This document shows positions 8,659 to 18,395 of a stretch of DNA of 37,042 nt, piece after piece; positions within the stretch are counted from its first letter, which is position 1; each line of letters begins with the position of its first letter. The notes beneath the pieces are model-generated. The model was not told the DNA's origin and did no database searches. It saw only the letters and a list, made by a program, of their open reading frames with translations. The DNA comes from an uncultured virus (IMG/VR IMGVR_UViG_3300030294_000014) (lineage: Duplodnaviria > Heunggongvirae > Uroviricota > Caudoviricetes), in the IMG/VR virus record IMGVR_UViG_3300030294_000014; one strand, written 5' to 3'. The translations under genes and the position numbers were made by a program.

Positions 8659-9171
8659 CTATCTCTTACATTGACAACCTTTTTTCTTACAAATCTCTGG
8701 GTTGGGGCAATATTGAAATACACATTCGTCCTTAGAATATACTTCTACTTTGGGTCTAGTGAGAAACTTGGGCGTTGGTAATTTTTCGGAACTCTTTTGA
8801 TGTCCTTGGTTGATCATTATATTCGCGGTATTAATTTCCGCTTCTGAAAATATCTTCCCCTCCTTCATAATCTCTGCATTTCGAAGTACTATCTCGGGGA
8901 AGCCTTCATATTTTACTTTATTAGCAAAGGTTTTATCTTCTTCCGACATTACGCAATCTTTTTCTTGAATAGGAACATTAGTTACAAAACCTTCCTCTTC
9001 AAAAATTACAAAGCTCCCCTCTTCAAAACAAGAAAAAGAATGATAAACTTCATTAACTACCTTTCCAGACAAATCAATTATCGTTCCTCCTTCTCCAATT
9101 CGTATTCCAAGCTCCATTTTATCGTTTACATTTCTTTTGAAATGACAAACATGTATTATTTTCTCCATCAC
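8659..9171 (-). CDS. Hypothetical protein with C-terminal Cys cluster
   Basis: 170 aa; ends CVFQYCPNPEICKKKGCQC. Confidence 0.65.
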   Translation of the reverse strand: MMEKIIHVCHFKRNVNDKMELGIRIGEGGTIIDLSGKVVNEVYHSFSCFEEGSFVIFEEEGFVTNVPIQEKDCVMSEEDKTFANKVKYEGFPEIVLRNAEIMKEGKIFSEAEINTANIMINQGHQKSSEKLPTPKFLTRPKVEVYSKDECVFQYCPNPEICKKKGCQCKR

Positions 9172-9175
9172 TTTA

Positions 9176-9451
9176 TTATTTTATTTCTCTTAATACAATC
9201 GTTGCGTTAGTTACATAATACGTATTACCTAACGCTCCTTTTCGTACGTCTTCTTTAGATACTATGAGTTGTTCTAGCCCATTATATCCAACCATCAATT
9301 CTTTATCCGAATCAATTACCCCTCCGTCTATATACCTACCTCCATTATAGACGTAATAATGATACTTGTACGTCGTTCCGTAGTTTTGTTCTATCTGTAC
9401 GCGTTGGCAAGAACAAAGAACTATTAATAACAAAAATAAAATCTTTTTCAT
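9176..9451 (-). CDS. Predicted lipoprotein
   Basis: MKKILFLLLIVLCSC lipobox. Confidence 0.7.
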   Translation of the reverse strand: MKKILFLLLIVLCSCQRVQIEQNYGTTYKYHYYVYNGGRYIDGGVIDSDKELMVGYNGLEQLIVSKEDVRKGALGNTYYVTNATIVLREIK

Positions 9452-9456
9452 ATTAT

Positions 9457-9780
9457 TTATCTTATAACAAAATTTCTTATCAAATTAAATAACCAAACTA
9501 AATACATTAGAAACGCTATGAAAAATAGAACTCCGACTACTTCCAATACAAAGTTTTTTATTATTTGTTTCCTAGATAGTTTTTGTTTTCTTTCTACAAA
9601 AGAAAAATCAAATGACAAATGTACATTCATCCAATAGATAGTATCTAAGCAATTTTTAAAATCGAATCTAATTAAGCACCATAATGCCCAACCTATTAAC
9701 CAAAACAAATGTTTATACCATTCAATCATTTTCTTTCTCTGCTTTAAATATATAACACTCTTGATGAATTTCGTTTTCAT
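9457..9780 (-). CDS. Membrane protein (true start may be the internal Met near 9729)
   Basis: Two hydrophobic segments (HLFWLIGWALWCLI; FVLEVVGVLFFIAFLMYLVWLF). Confidence 0.6.
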   Translation of the reverse strand: MKTKFIKSVIYLKQRKKMIEWYKHLFWLIGWALWCLIRFDFKNCLDTIYWMNVHLSFDFSFVERKQKLSRKQIIKNFVLEVVGVLFFIAFLMYLVWLFNLIRNFVIR

Positions 9781-10003
9781 ACATTGGGTCTATTATTTCT
9801 TCATCTTTCTTTACCCAAAAGTGTTGTACCCCACTTCCTACTAATCCCGCTATTATTTTACCTCCAACGTACTTTTGTATTTCTTTTGCTATATCTTTAC
9901 AACGACCAGCGGGGAAACCTCCGCACATACCATTATATTTAAAATAAACCGATTGAGAGAAGCCCCTATCTCTTTCTGTCATCTTTATCTCCTCCGATAT
10001 CAA
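9722..10003 (-). CDS. Minimal transglutaminase-like (Cys-His-Asp) protein
   Basis: FPAGRCKDIA...QHFWV...EIIDP gives the GxC / HxW / hhD triad spacing. Confidence 0.55.
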   Translation of the reverse strand: MISEEIKMTERDRGFSQSVYFKYNGMCGGFPAGRCKDIAKEIQKYVGGKIIAGLVGSGVQHFWVKKDEEIIDPMYENEIHQECYIFKAEKEND

Positions 10004-10535
10004 AACCTATTTCAACCCAACCCTTTTCTTTAGAGTATATTGATTTAACATTTAATCGTCTCTCTGATACAACAGATGGATTTTTAGGGTCTGTTTCTGT
10101 TATAGAAACTTCTACTTCTTTCTTCGCTTCCATACGAACTGAAGCTACAACTGTTTTGTCGTTCTTTTTAAAGAAAGTTTCTTTATATTTTTTCAATTCT
10201 TCGGGACAAACTACGTCTCCATAAATCAAGTCTTCTTCTTTTTCAACGTCGGGATATATGGCATTATCAAAATCCATATAGAAGCTTCCATCGGTCATAT
10301 TATTTAAAGCGTGTCCAAGAACAATATCATCTCCACGTCTCGGCTTGAGATTCAAACTTTCCGAACCTAGAGACATAGGTATGATTACACTCCCCAATTT
10401 GTCTTTATCTAAATAACAAAACCCCGCTGATACCGCCGTCCAATTTGAAGTAGCTCTTATATCAGAATGATTTATTTGTTCTGAAAAAATAACAGGTTGA
10501 ACCATTAGTTTTCTCTTAAAAATAATGTATTTCAT
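9966..10535 (-). CDS. Hypothetical protein
   Basis: 189 aa; N-terminal MKYIIF...PVIFSEQINHSD...VSAGFC...GSESLNL.P...D is a conserved-looking phage motif. Confidence 0.7.
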   Translation of the reverse strand: MKYIIFKRKLMVQPVIFSEQINHSDIRATSNWTAVSAGFCYLDKDKLGSVIIPMSLGSESLNLKPRRGDDIVLGHALNNMTDGSFYMDFDNAIYPDVEKEEDLIYGDVVCPEELKKYKETFFKKNDKTVVASVRMEAKKEVEVSITETDPKNPSVVSERRLNVKSIYSKEKGWVEIGFDIGGDKDDRKR

Positions 10536-10537
10536 AA

Positions 10538-10870
10538 TTATTTGTTTTCTTTTATAACTTTGATAAAAGCTCCATTTTTGTTTATAAGAACTTTTTTATC
10601 TTCTATTATATCTATTATAGATTGACAAACAGGTATGTACATACCGTGCTCAAATGTTTTGTGGTATTTTTCTTGACATTTATCGCAAATATTTTTAAGG
10701 TCGCAATCCGAACATTTCTTGAAATCTGTATACCTGTAACTATCTTCTCCGATTGTTAATAAAATTTGAGATTTTATTGTTTTATCTCTATCTGCTTTCA
10801 TCTTATCTTTGATATGTTCAGGAAGAGAATCAATTGCAGTTTTATCAAAAGTTATACATTTCTTACTCAT
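10538..10870 (-). CDS. Hypothetical Cys-containing protein
   Basis: 110 aa; CSDCDLKNICDKC. Confidence 0.6.
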   Translation of the reverse strand: MSKKCITFDKTAIDSLPEHIKDKMKADRDKTIKSQILLTIGEDSYRYTDFKKCSDCDLKNICDKCQEKYHKTFEHGMYIPVCQSIIDIIEDKKVLINKNGAFIKVIKENK

Positions 10871-11319
10871 GATTTATCATATATATTTAGGATATTTTTA
10901 AATAGATTCAAAACAAAATTAACATCTTTATATCTTTTATACGATATTTTTTTTCTAAGAACATCCATTACGCCGGCATATTTAATATAATCTTTATAAA
11001 CAAAAGTTTTATGAGTGAATTCTTCATAAACCCAAACATTGATAATAGATTTACCAAATCTAAAAATATAAGGTTTTCTGTCAAAGGAATCATACTCATT
11101 TTTTAATTTATAAAAATCGTTCTTTTGACTATCTGAAAGAATCTTGAATACTTCTTCGTCTTTAGAATTTTTACAAACTATTTCCATATCTATATCGTGC
11201 ACTTCAACTTCTAATCCGCAAATTAATAAAGCTAAAGAACCAACAACCATAAAATCTAAATTTCTTTGATCTAAAAAACTTTTAAAGTCATTTAGGTCTT
11301 TTTGTATTATTTCATTCAT
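10867..11319 (-). CDS. Pol-beta superfamily nucleotidyltransferase-like protein
   Basis: hGS motif (MVVGSLALLICG) followed by HDIDM (DxD). Confidence 0.7.
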   Translation of the reverse strand: MNEIIQKDLNDFKSFLDQRNLDFMVVGSLALLICGLEVEVHDIDMEIVCKNSKDEEVFKILSDSQKNDFYKLKNEYDSFDRKPYIFRFGKSIINVWVYEEFTHKTFVYKDYIKYAGVMDVLRKKISYKRYKDVNFVLNLFKNILNIYDKS

Positions 11320-11324
11320 TTTTT

Positions 11325-11678
11325 TTAAAATCTAAAATATTCGTTTTTATCTCTCAAATAAATTCCTTCTCCTTCTTTAAACTTATGATCTAATTTATAT
11401 ATTTTACTCCACTTCTGACATAAATCACTTCTACAAGAATAGGCAGAACCTTCCCAACAACAAGGATAACAACTTGGATTTTTACCTCCAACGTAAATCA
11501 TATATTTTTCGTCTTCTCCTATTTTTGAAGAATTAGGAGAAAAAAAGTTTTTTATATCATTTCTCTTTTTTAAACAATCATCGCAAATAACTTCATTTAA
11601 TCCAAATAAAGCTAGACAATTTTTTTCTTTACGACAAAAACTACACGTAAAATTTGTTTTTAAAATCGGCTTACTCAT
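11325..11678 (-). CDS. Protein with N-terminal ClpX-type C4 zinc finger
   Basis: CSFCRKEKNCLALFGLNEVICDDCL matches the ClpX zinc-binding domain pattern CSFC-x(16-18)-ICxxC. Confidence 0.55.
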   Translation of the reverse strand: MSKPILKTNFTCSFCRKEKNCLALFGLNEVICDDCLKKRNDIKNFFSPNSSKIGEDEKYMIYVGGKNPSCYPCCWEGSAYSCRSDLCQKWSKIYKLDHKFKEGEGIYLRDKNEYFRF

Positions 11679-11890
11679 GATTGATTATTTCTAAATTTTT
11701 CGATAACAGTTAATACACTCTCTCCTCCCGTCAGCGATCCAAACAAATATACAAAACTAGAATCAACCGTATGACCAAAGGCTGATAATCCTGCGAATAC
11801 TAATAATGCAACGAAAGAAAGGACTGCTATAATCCTTTTATGAGATACATCATCCGTCGGGGAAATTAAACTATTCCAAAATTTTTTCAT
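11675..11890 (-). CDS. Small two-TM membrane protein, possible holin-like
   Basis: 71 aa; DVSHKR followed by two hydrophobic helices and a charged C-terminus (EKFRNNQS). Confidence 0.55.
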   Translation of the reverse strand: MKKFWNSLISPTDDVSHKRIIAVLSFVALLVFAGLSAFGHTVDSSFVYLFGSLTGGESVLTVIEKFRNNQS

Positions 11891-11895
11891 AACTT

Positions 11896-12183
11896 TTAAA
11901 ATTTCATTTTACCGTGACAATTCTTTTTTATAGAAGTAAGATGATATTGTCCGCAAAATTCGCATTTATACCAATTAACTCCTTTATGTTTATTTTTTAA
12001 TAGAACTCTTGCTCTTTCAGCGTCTTGTATACTCGGATAACTAATCTTACCCGTACGACAAGCTACATTAGATTGAGTTATTCTTACCTTTCGTTTTTTA
12101 TGTATTATAACATGTTCAACTAGATCATCAGAAGAATTAAGTATTTTATCTACTTCATTTTTACTTAGACGCTTCATTATCAA
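11896..12183 (-). CDS. Zinc-finger protein
   Basis: CRTGKISY.S...A...YKCEFCGQYHLTS motif. Confidence 0.65.
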   Translation of the reverse strand: MIMKRLSKNEVDKILNSSDDLVEHVIIHKKRKVRITQSNVACRTGKISYPSIQDAERARVLLKNKHKGVNWYKCEFCGQYHLTSIKKNCHGKMKF

Positions 12184-12652
12184 TATTTTTTTTAGAATAT
12201 TTTCCCCTAAACCTATTTAAAAATAAATGAGGTAAACTCCCAATACAAACAACATTAGGAGTTTTTAACAAAGATTGTTTATCAATAAAATTCATTTCAA
12301 TAGGAGCAGGACTTCCTAACATTGTTTTAAGTACTTCTCTTTCATTGCGACAATTCACAACTCCAAACTCTGGACAACAACCATTATTAAAATCTTTTTC
12401 AAAATCTTCAGGAGATTGTTTAAGGAAAAACATATTCATCTTATCTAATAATCTTTCAGAAACTTTTTCACTTATTTGTTCTTTCCTTCTTAAAAAATTA
12501 ATAAGTTTTTTTGTATATTTATTATAACTTATATCATGTTCAAATTTTACATCAAATATAGAAATAGAAGAACCAAAAGAAGTTCTTTGAAAATATTCTA
12601 TTTTCTTTAACTCCTTCTTAATTTTTCTAGGCATTTTTGTTTTCATGGTCAA
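12161..12652 (-). CDS. Hypothetical protein
   Basis: 163 aa; N-terminal KMPRKIKK. Confidence 0.6.
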   Translation of the reverse strand: MTMKTKMPRKIKKELKKIEYFQRTSFGSSISIFDVKFEHDISYNKYTKKLINFLRRKEQISEKVSERLLDKMNMFFLKQSPEDFEKDFNNGCCPEFGVVNCRNEREVLKTMLGSPAPIEMNFIDKQSLLKTPNVVCIGSLPHLFLNRFRGKYSKKNIDNEASK

Positions 12653-13053
12653 TATTTTTTATACTGAACTCCTAGCAAATTACAAACCGCTTCATTGTAA
12701 TAAAAGATATCACAAACTCTTTCAGTTTTTATAAACCCATTCTTTTTTACTTCTTTGCAAATTTCTTTTTTCTCTTTCTTATCAATGTAAAACAAAGTTC
12801 CGTTTTCAACGTGTAATTCGGCAACTCCGACTATTACATTACCGTACAAAAACATTATTTTGTCCCCTTCCGCTAATTCATCTGGAATTACTGATTGCTT
12901 AAAATCTTCTGCTAACATCACGAATCTACCTACTTCAGGGTGAAGAGGAACAGAAAAAAGTATAGCAAGACTAAAATCTTTAGTCTCCTTTGAAAAAACT
13001 CTCACACGTTCATTTATAACAGATTTTTCACCGTTAAAAAAGTATTGTCTCAT
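12649..13053 (-). CDS. Hypothetical protein
   Basis: 134 aa ORF with ATGA overlap. Confidence 0.65.
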   Translation of the reverse strand: MRQYFFNGEKSVINERVRVFSKETKDFSLAILFSVPLHPEVGRFVMLAEDFKQSVIPDELAEGDKIMFLYGNVIVGVAELHVENGTLFYIDKKEKKEICKEVKKNGFIKTERVCDIFYYNEAVCNLLGVQYKKY

Positions 13054-13061
13054 ATTATAAT

Positions 13062-13202
13062 TTATTTTTTGTTAGACTTATTTTTATCTTTCTTTACCTT
13101 CCTCATTTTAGGAACAGGTATGAACTTTCTTGGAGAATCTCCAAATTCTTCCTTCGCTTTGTTTAACTCATCGAAATGAGCCTTTTTCTTTATTTCTTCC
13201 AT
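13062..13202 (-). CDS. Small basic protein (46 aa)
   Basis: Hand-translated MEEIKKKAHFDELNKAKEEFGDSPRKFIPVPKMRKVKKDKNKSNKK*; fills the gap between neighbours, A-rich start context. Confidence 0.55.
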   Translation of the reverse strand: MEEIKKKAHFDELNKAKEEFGDSPRKFIPVPKMRKVKKDKNKSNKK

Positions 13203-13215
13203 AATAATTTATTTT

Positions 13216-14694
13216 TTATAAAATAACCTTGCCCTTTAAATCTTCTGAAAATACTGTTCCTGCTACATATATAAGTTTCTTTTTAGCCCTTGTTATAGCA
13301 ACATATCTTAAATTATTTTCTTGAACATATTGCCAAGGTTGAGTAGTATATTTACTCGGTATAAGTTCGGGGCATAAAAAGAATACGCAATCATTTTCTA
13401 ACCCTTTTGATTTATGTATTGTACTTAGTATTATTCCCCTTACTTCATCTGAAAATATATTGTTTATTAAGTTCTTAAGCTCTTTAACACTTTCTACTTC
13501 TTCGCATAAGCAGTCAATAACTTCTATCTTTTGTTGAAGCACTTCCATCTTAGGATGTAAACTTGGTTTTTTGAATCCCTTTTTCTCTAGCTTCTTTAAA
13601 AGTTTGTTTTGTTCAAGTTCTAACATTCTATGAAGTCCGCTTATTGTCTTCGCTCCCGTCTTACTGATCAAACCTAAAATTCCTTCTCCAATTTCTTTTC
13701 CACGAATCTTTGACTTTATTTTATTCTTCATTAACCATAGATATGTTTGTATCAAAGGTTTCAAATTTCTACAAAGTATCCAATCTCCTTGTTCAATTTC
13801 TGTTAAACTTCCTTCTTTTACTATCCCATCGATTGCGTTAGAAGAATATGATATTTCGGGAACTATTTTTTGAGCTTCTTTAACTATATTCTTAGCGCAA
13901 CGGTAAGACACACTAAGAGGCAATTTAATAGCCCTTCCATTAATAGAAGCTAGCTTTTCATAACTTTCTACGTCAGCCCCCGCGAAGCCATAAATTGCCT
14001 GTCTTTTATCTCCTACCGTTACCAACCTTCCACGACGGGATAAACACTTTTTAATAAATTCTTGTTGAAGAACAGAAAAGTCTTGACTTTCGTCACAAAA
14101 TACATAATCAAATTTTCTGAAACGAATAGAACCGTCAGCAACAGGGACATATATCATATCCATGAAATCAAATTGCGTTTTATCTTTTACAATATATTCA
14201 AAGGCTTTAATTACCATATCAATATCATTTTCTTCGATATTAACATCATAATGGTTTGTAAGTTCAATAATGTCTTCTTTAGTATTTTCACATAAATTAC
14301 AACGCATTAAATCTAAAATCTTAGGAATGGCGAAAAAGAAATATCCCCTTTTATTTTCGGGAACCTGAAAATCTTTCATGATTTTTTCAGTCTTTGCTAT
14401 TCCTTTATTAGGATTCATTCTTATATGTCCTCCGTATCTTTGTAAAACAGAATGCCAACCGCAAGAATGTATTGTCATTATTTCAACATCTCTCCTCTCA
14501 TTTCTCTCTTTTAATTCATCTACAATAGAATTATTAAAAGCCAAGAATAAAGATTTTGAGTTCTTCGGTATATATTTCAACAACTCCAATAATACAGTTG
14601 TCTTTCCCGACCCCGCAACTGCTGATATATTTATATCTTTTTTTGTAAGTTGAAATGTTTTGTATATAGCTCTCTGATATTTAGAAGGCGTCAT
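13216..14694 (-). CDS. UvrD/Rep-family (SF1) DNA helicase
   Basis: AVAGSGKTT, DESQD, VGDKRQAIYGF, SYRC, STIHKSKGLE and YVAITRAKK motifs. Confidence 0.93.
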   Translation of the reverse strand: MTPSKYQRAIYKTFQLTKKDINISAVAGSGKTTVLLELLKYIPKNSKSLFLAFNNSIVDELKERNERRDVEIMTIHSCGWHSVLQRYGGHIRMNPNKGIAKTEKIMKDFQVPENKRGYFFFAIPKILDLMRCNLCENTKEDIIELTNHYDVNIEENDIDMVIKAFEYIVKDKTQFDFMDMIYVPVADGSIRFRKFDYVFCDESQDFSVLQQEFIKKCLSRRGRLVTVGDKRQAIYGFAGADVESYEKLASINGRAIKLPLSVSYRCAKNIVKEAQKIVPEISYSSNAIDGIVKEGSLTEIEQGDWILCRNLKPLIQTYLWLMKNKIKSKIRGKEIGEGILGLISKTGAKTISGLHRMLELEQNKLLKKLEKKGFKKPSLHPKMEVLQQKIEVIDCLCEEVESVKELKNLINNIFSDEVRGIILSTIHKSKGLENDCVFFLCPELIPSKYTTQPWQYVQENNLRYVAITRAKKKLIYVAGTVFSEDLKGKVIL

Positions 14695-14696
14695 TA

Positions 14697-15041
14697 TTAA
14701 AATTTTTTTGTATTATTAGCAGATGCGCTCCACTTATACCAAATAGACGTTTTGGTAAATTCACAATGAATTACAACTCCTTCTTCCATAACTCTTTCAA
14801 ACATAGCTTTGAAATTAACAGTATTAATACATTGCGCCGAGTTCTTTGTAAGAAACTCTGTTATATTAATACCTTCAACTGTATTAAAATCAATAGATTC
14901 AGCACTATTAAAATATCCTTGTTGCCATTTGTAAACTGAAAAGAATAAATTTTCTCCATCTGGAGTTACTACTTGTAGAATGCTATAACCGTCTAATACT
15001 AATTGCTCAATAGCTTTTTGATAAACATTAATTTCTCCCAT
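14697..15041 (-). CDS. Hypothetical protein
   Basis: 114 aa ORF within the replication operon. Confidence 0.7.
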   Translation of the reverse strand: MGEINVYQKAIEQLVLDGYSILQVVTPDGENLFFSVYKWQQGYFNSAESIDFNTVEGINITEFLTKNSAQCINTVNFKAMFERVMEEGVVIHCEFTKTSIWYKWSASANNTKKF

Positions 15042-15043
15042 TT

Positions 15044-15670
15044 TTATATCTCCCCGTTTTGTTGAAATGTTATTAAAATTTCTTTTATTCTCTTTAGACT
15101 TTTAGAATATTGTCCATTTGTAACTTCTTCATTTTCTTCTAAAAATTCAGAAGTTTTTTGACCAAGCATTCTTGACCTGCATATTTTAACTTCTATTTCA
15201 TTAAGTCCTAGATTCTCCATCAATAATTCAGTTGTATCAGGTTCACTCGTGTCATGAAACCCCGCGTTAATTGTAGATAAAGATTCTGTTATTTCTACGC
15301 CATTACTTCTTTTCAATTCTTTTTGATAATATCTAAAGAAATTTCGAGAAAGAGATTTGTTGAAATAAAAATAAAAATTATACTTTTTACTGATAATATA
15401 CTTATCTAAACACTTATCAAATATTACGTAGCAATCTGCTACTAATTCGTCTCTGTCGGGCAATGTATCTTTTCTGTACGTTCCCTTTAATAGATTCAAA
15501 TAATTAGAGATATTTTTTTTAACAATATCTTTCATCATTTTGAAAATCAAATTCTTATAAGACTTGATTCGTTTTTCACTCTTAGAAAACCTTGTTATGG
15601 CGATATATTTGTTAATATATTTTGCCTTATAAAGGTAATCCTTTTTGAAATATGCATTTTCTAAACTCAT
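15044..15670 (-). CDS. Phage RNA polymerase sigma-70-like factor
   Basis: Region 2-like DRDELVADCYVIFDKCLDKY...NFYFYFNKSLSRNF; region 4-like LNEIEVKICRSRMLG...SLKRIKEIL. Confidence 0.7.
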   Translation of the reverse strand: MSLENAYFKKDYLYKAKYINKYIAITRFSKSEKRIKSYKNLIFKMMKDIVKKNISNYLNLLKGTYRKDTLPDRDELVADCYVIFDKCLDKYIISKKYNFYFYFNKSLSRNFFRYYQKELKRSNGVEITESLSTINAGFHDTSEPDTTELLMENLGLNEIEVKICRSRMLGQKTSEFLEENEEVTNGQYSKSLKRIKEILITFQQNGEI

Positions 15671-15674
15671 AATA

Positions 15675-16004
15675 TTACAAGTTTTTGAATTTTTTCACGG
15701 TCTCCTGAACTTTATATTCTTTGAGAGGTTTTATTTCTCTCTCATAATGATCATGTGAACGTTTCTTAAGTATATCCCGCTTTTGATCTGGAGAAGCAGA
15801 TGAGTACTTACCTATCTCAACATTCTTTTCAGATAAAGGAACATTAACATTTAAATCTTCTTCCTCTCTTATTTCTCCGCATTCGGGACAAGGGGCGTTA
15901 TCACTTTGAAACTCACCGTCTTTAAACTTGTAATTATTAGTTAAATGTTCTTCTTTTAAACCAAATCTAGGACAATCTGGATTTTGACATATGAATTTGC
16001 TCAT
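15675..16004 (-). CDS. Zinc-ribbon protein
   Basis: CQNPDC...CPECG. Confidence 0.7.
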   Translation of the reverse strand: MSKFICQNPDCPRFGLKEEHLTNNYKFKDGEFQSDNAPCPECGEIREEEDLNVNVPLSEKNVEIGKYSSASPDQKRDILKKRSHDHYEREIKPLKEYKVQETVKKFKNL

Positions 16005-16005
16005 T

Positions 16006-16497
16006 TTATTTTTGTTTTTCGGTTATTCTTGCATATTCTAAGATTAACAATGCATCTGAAGTTGCTAAAGTTATTTTTGCGACAGAAGGATAAAGTTGTT
16101 GCGCTTTAAATTTCAATTTATTCTTCCAATCAGTTGAAGATTTTTTCCCTTTCGTTCCTAGTTGAAGGACTTTTTGCCATTTTTGAGGAGTAACTTCAAC
16201 AGTAGGTATTTTTCTACATAATAAAACCATTTCTAAATGTCCAAAGCCCTTACCGAAGTTGAACATACTTGACCCTCCCATTCCAGGAAGTCCGCCGACT
16301 TTCTCTAAATAACAAATAGAATTTCTTTGATAAACAGTCAAAAAATACAATAAATCTTGAGCAGTGTCGGGCATTTTTATTACCTCTATAAGTTTGTTGT
16401 TTTCTAAAGAAAAAATAGCTATTCCGCCATTCTTTCCTGGATCAATCGCTATTATTTTTTTATCATTAAAATATTTCGCCCTATCTTTATTATCCAT
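16006..16497 (-). CDS. RuvC-like Holliday junction resolvase
   Basis: IAIDPGKNGGIA, YLEKV, SMFNFG.GFG, VTPQKWQK and DALLI motifs. Confidence 0.88.
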   Translation of the reverse strand: MDNKDRAKYFNDKKIIAIDPGKNGGIAIFSLENNKLIEVIKMPDTAQDLLYFLTVYQRNSICYLEKVGGLPGMGGSSMFNFGKGFGHLEMVLLCRKIPTVEVTPQKWQKVLQLGTKGKKSSTDWKNKLKFKAQQLYPSVAKITLATSDALLILEYARITEKQK

Positions 16498-16532
16498 ATA
16501 ATTTGTTTTTGGTTTAATATAATATAACTCTG

Positions 16533-18395
16533 TTAAACATCTACATATTTACTTATACCTTTTTCTTTTACAACATATAATGTATTTTCATTATTAAATG
16601 ATTCACTTACATTCTGAGTAATAACCATTATCGTTTGGTTCATTTTTTCGAATATTTTTATTATGCTCTCTTGTCCCCTACCATCCATTCCGTGAAAACA
16701 TTCATCGAATAACAATAAATTAAGTCCTCTTCCTCCCAACGACATATTTATAAGATGTTGTATACCTAAAACTCCAGCTAGAGCAACTCTCCCTCTTTCT
16801 CCTCCTGACTTAGACATAAACGTTTCGGCGGTTACTCCATCGTTCAAAACAAAGATATCAATCTTCTCTCTTACCTCTCCAGATTTTAAAATAGTAAACC
16901 CGTTTATCAATATTGATATATCAACTCCGAACTTTCGAAGATAGCTGTTTGTCATCCCCTCTATTATCTTTACGCTCTTGTTTGCTAAATAAGTTTGAAA
17001 CCCAGACTTTCCCATATTGAATTGCCAATATTTTATAGTTTCAATTTCTTCCGTAAGAGGAATCAATTTTTGAGTCATTTCTTTTATAGATTTGTCGCAT
17101 TCTTCGATTTTGTTATTTAAACTATTTAACAACTTGTTATCTTTCTTTCTTTTCTTAAGAAATTCTCTTTCTTCTTTTAATCTAGCAATTTTCTCCGTTA
17201 TTTCATTTTTTTCTTCCTTCTTTCTATTTATTTTTCTTTCTAAAGATACTTTATCTTCAATAAAAGAATCATAAATTTCTTTTTTTTGCTCCGACTTTGA
17301 AATCGTATCTTTTAAAATTTTTATACTTTTGTTTATTTCTTCAAGTTTCCTTTGTTGTTTCTTTATATCTTCTTCATTTTCCTTGAGAAGTTTTTTAGCT
17401 TCGGGAACAGATAAATCTAATTCTGATTCACGAATAAATTCGTGTTTGCATTTTGGACAAGTTACAGTATCATCTAACAAAGATTTCAACTCTTTCCCAA
17501 CTCTTTTGTTTTCCAATATTTCAGTTTCTAACTCATCAAATTTTAATTGGATGTTCTTTTTTTTCTTTTTTAATTCAGAAACGTCTTCAAAAGTTATTGA
17601 TGAAATTGATTCTTTGATTACTTTTAAAGTTTCTTTATATTTCTTCAAACAAATATCTATTTCTTCAGATTCTTCTTTTAAGATAGATTCTTTATTGTTT
17701 ATATCTTTAATCTCTTCTTCGGTATTATCAATTCCAAGCATCTCCTGCCTTTGCTCGTCAAATAACTCTCGCTTACTGTATAACTTACTTACTTCATCAT
17801 TTATATCATTGTATTTTAAGTTTTCTTCTTTATATTTCAAATCAAGTTCTTCAACTACGGGGTTCACCATATCAGCAGAAGTTATTCTATTCATAATTTC
17901 CTTTTTCTCTGAATCTGAAGCTGTAAAGAAAGTATAACGGCTGTCTTGACTTATTATGAAATATCTCAATAAATCTTCTCGGCTTATTCCTATAAGTTCC
18001 AAGATTCTTCTATTTGCCTCATTTACAGAAACAACTTGTTTATTAAGTTTATCGTTTTCCCATATTTCTATTTTAACAGGTTTATTTCCTCTATAAAATT
18101 GTCTTTCTATCTTCAACGTCATATTCAAAACGGGATTAGAAAGAAAGAATACGATTCTACAATCTTCTTCCTCCCTGTTTATAAAGCTTTCTTTTTTCAA
18201 ACCTCTTAAACTTTCATTTGTCAAAGCTATACTTATACCTTCAAATAAAGTAGTTTTTCCCGCTCCGTTATTTTCCAATCCTCTGTCAGTTTCATTCTTG
18301 CCGAATATTACAGTACAAGAATTATTTTTAAATTCATAAATAGATTCTTTATGAGCAAACAAATTATATATCTCTATTTTATTTGGATTCCACAT
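16533..18395 (-). CDS. sbcC: SbcC/Rad50 (T4 gp46-like) ATPase subunit of recombination nuclease
   Basis: Walker A NGAGKTT, coiled coils with CPKC zinc hook, signature SGGE, Walker B LFDE. Confidence 0.92.
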   Translation of the reverse strand: MWNPNKIEIYNLFAHKESIYEFKNNSCTVIFGKNETDRGLENNGAGKTTLFEGISIALTNESLRGLKKESFINREEEDCRIVFFLSNPVLNMTLKIERQFYRGNKPVKIEIWENDKLNKQVVSVNEANRRILELIGISREDLLRYFIISQDSRYTFFTASDSEKKEIMNRITSADMVNPVVEELDLKYKEENLKYNDINDEVSKLYSKRELFDEQRQEMLGIDNTEEEIKDINNKESILKEESEEIDICLKKYKETLKVIKESISSITFEDVSELKKKKKNIQLKFDELETEILENKRVGKELKSLLDDTVTCPKCKHEFIRESELDLSVPEAKKLLKENEEDIKKQQRKLEEINKSIKILKDTISKSEQKKEIYDSFIEDKVSLERKINRKKEEKNEITEKIARLKEEREFLKKRKKDNKLLNSLNNKIEECDKSIKEMTQKLIPLTEEIETIKYWQFNMGKSGFQTYLANKSVKIIEGMTNSYLRKFGVDISILINGFTILKSGEVREKIDIFVLNDGVTAETFMSKSGGERGRVALAGVLGIQHLINMSLGGRGLNLLLFDECFHGMDGRGQESIIKIFEKMNQTIMVITQNVSESFNNENTLYVVKEKGISKYVDV

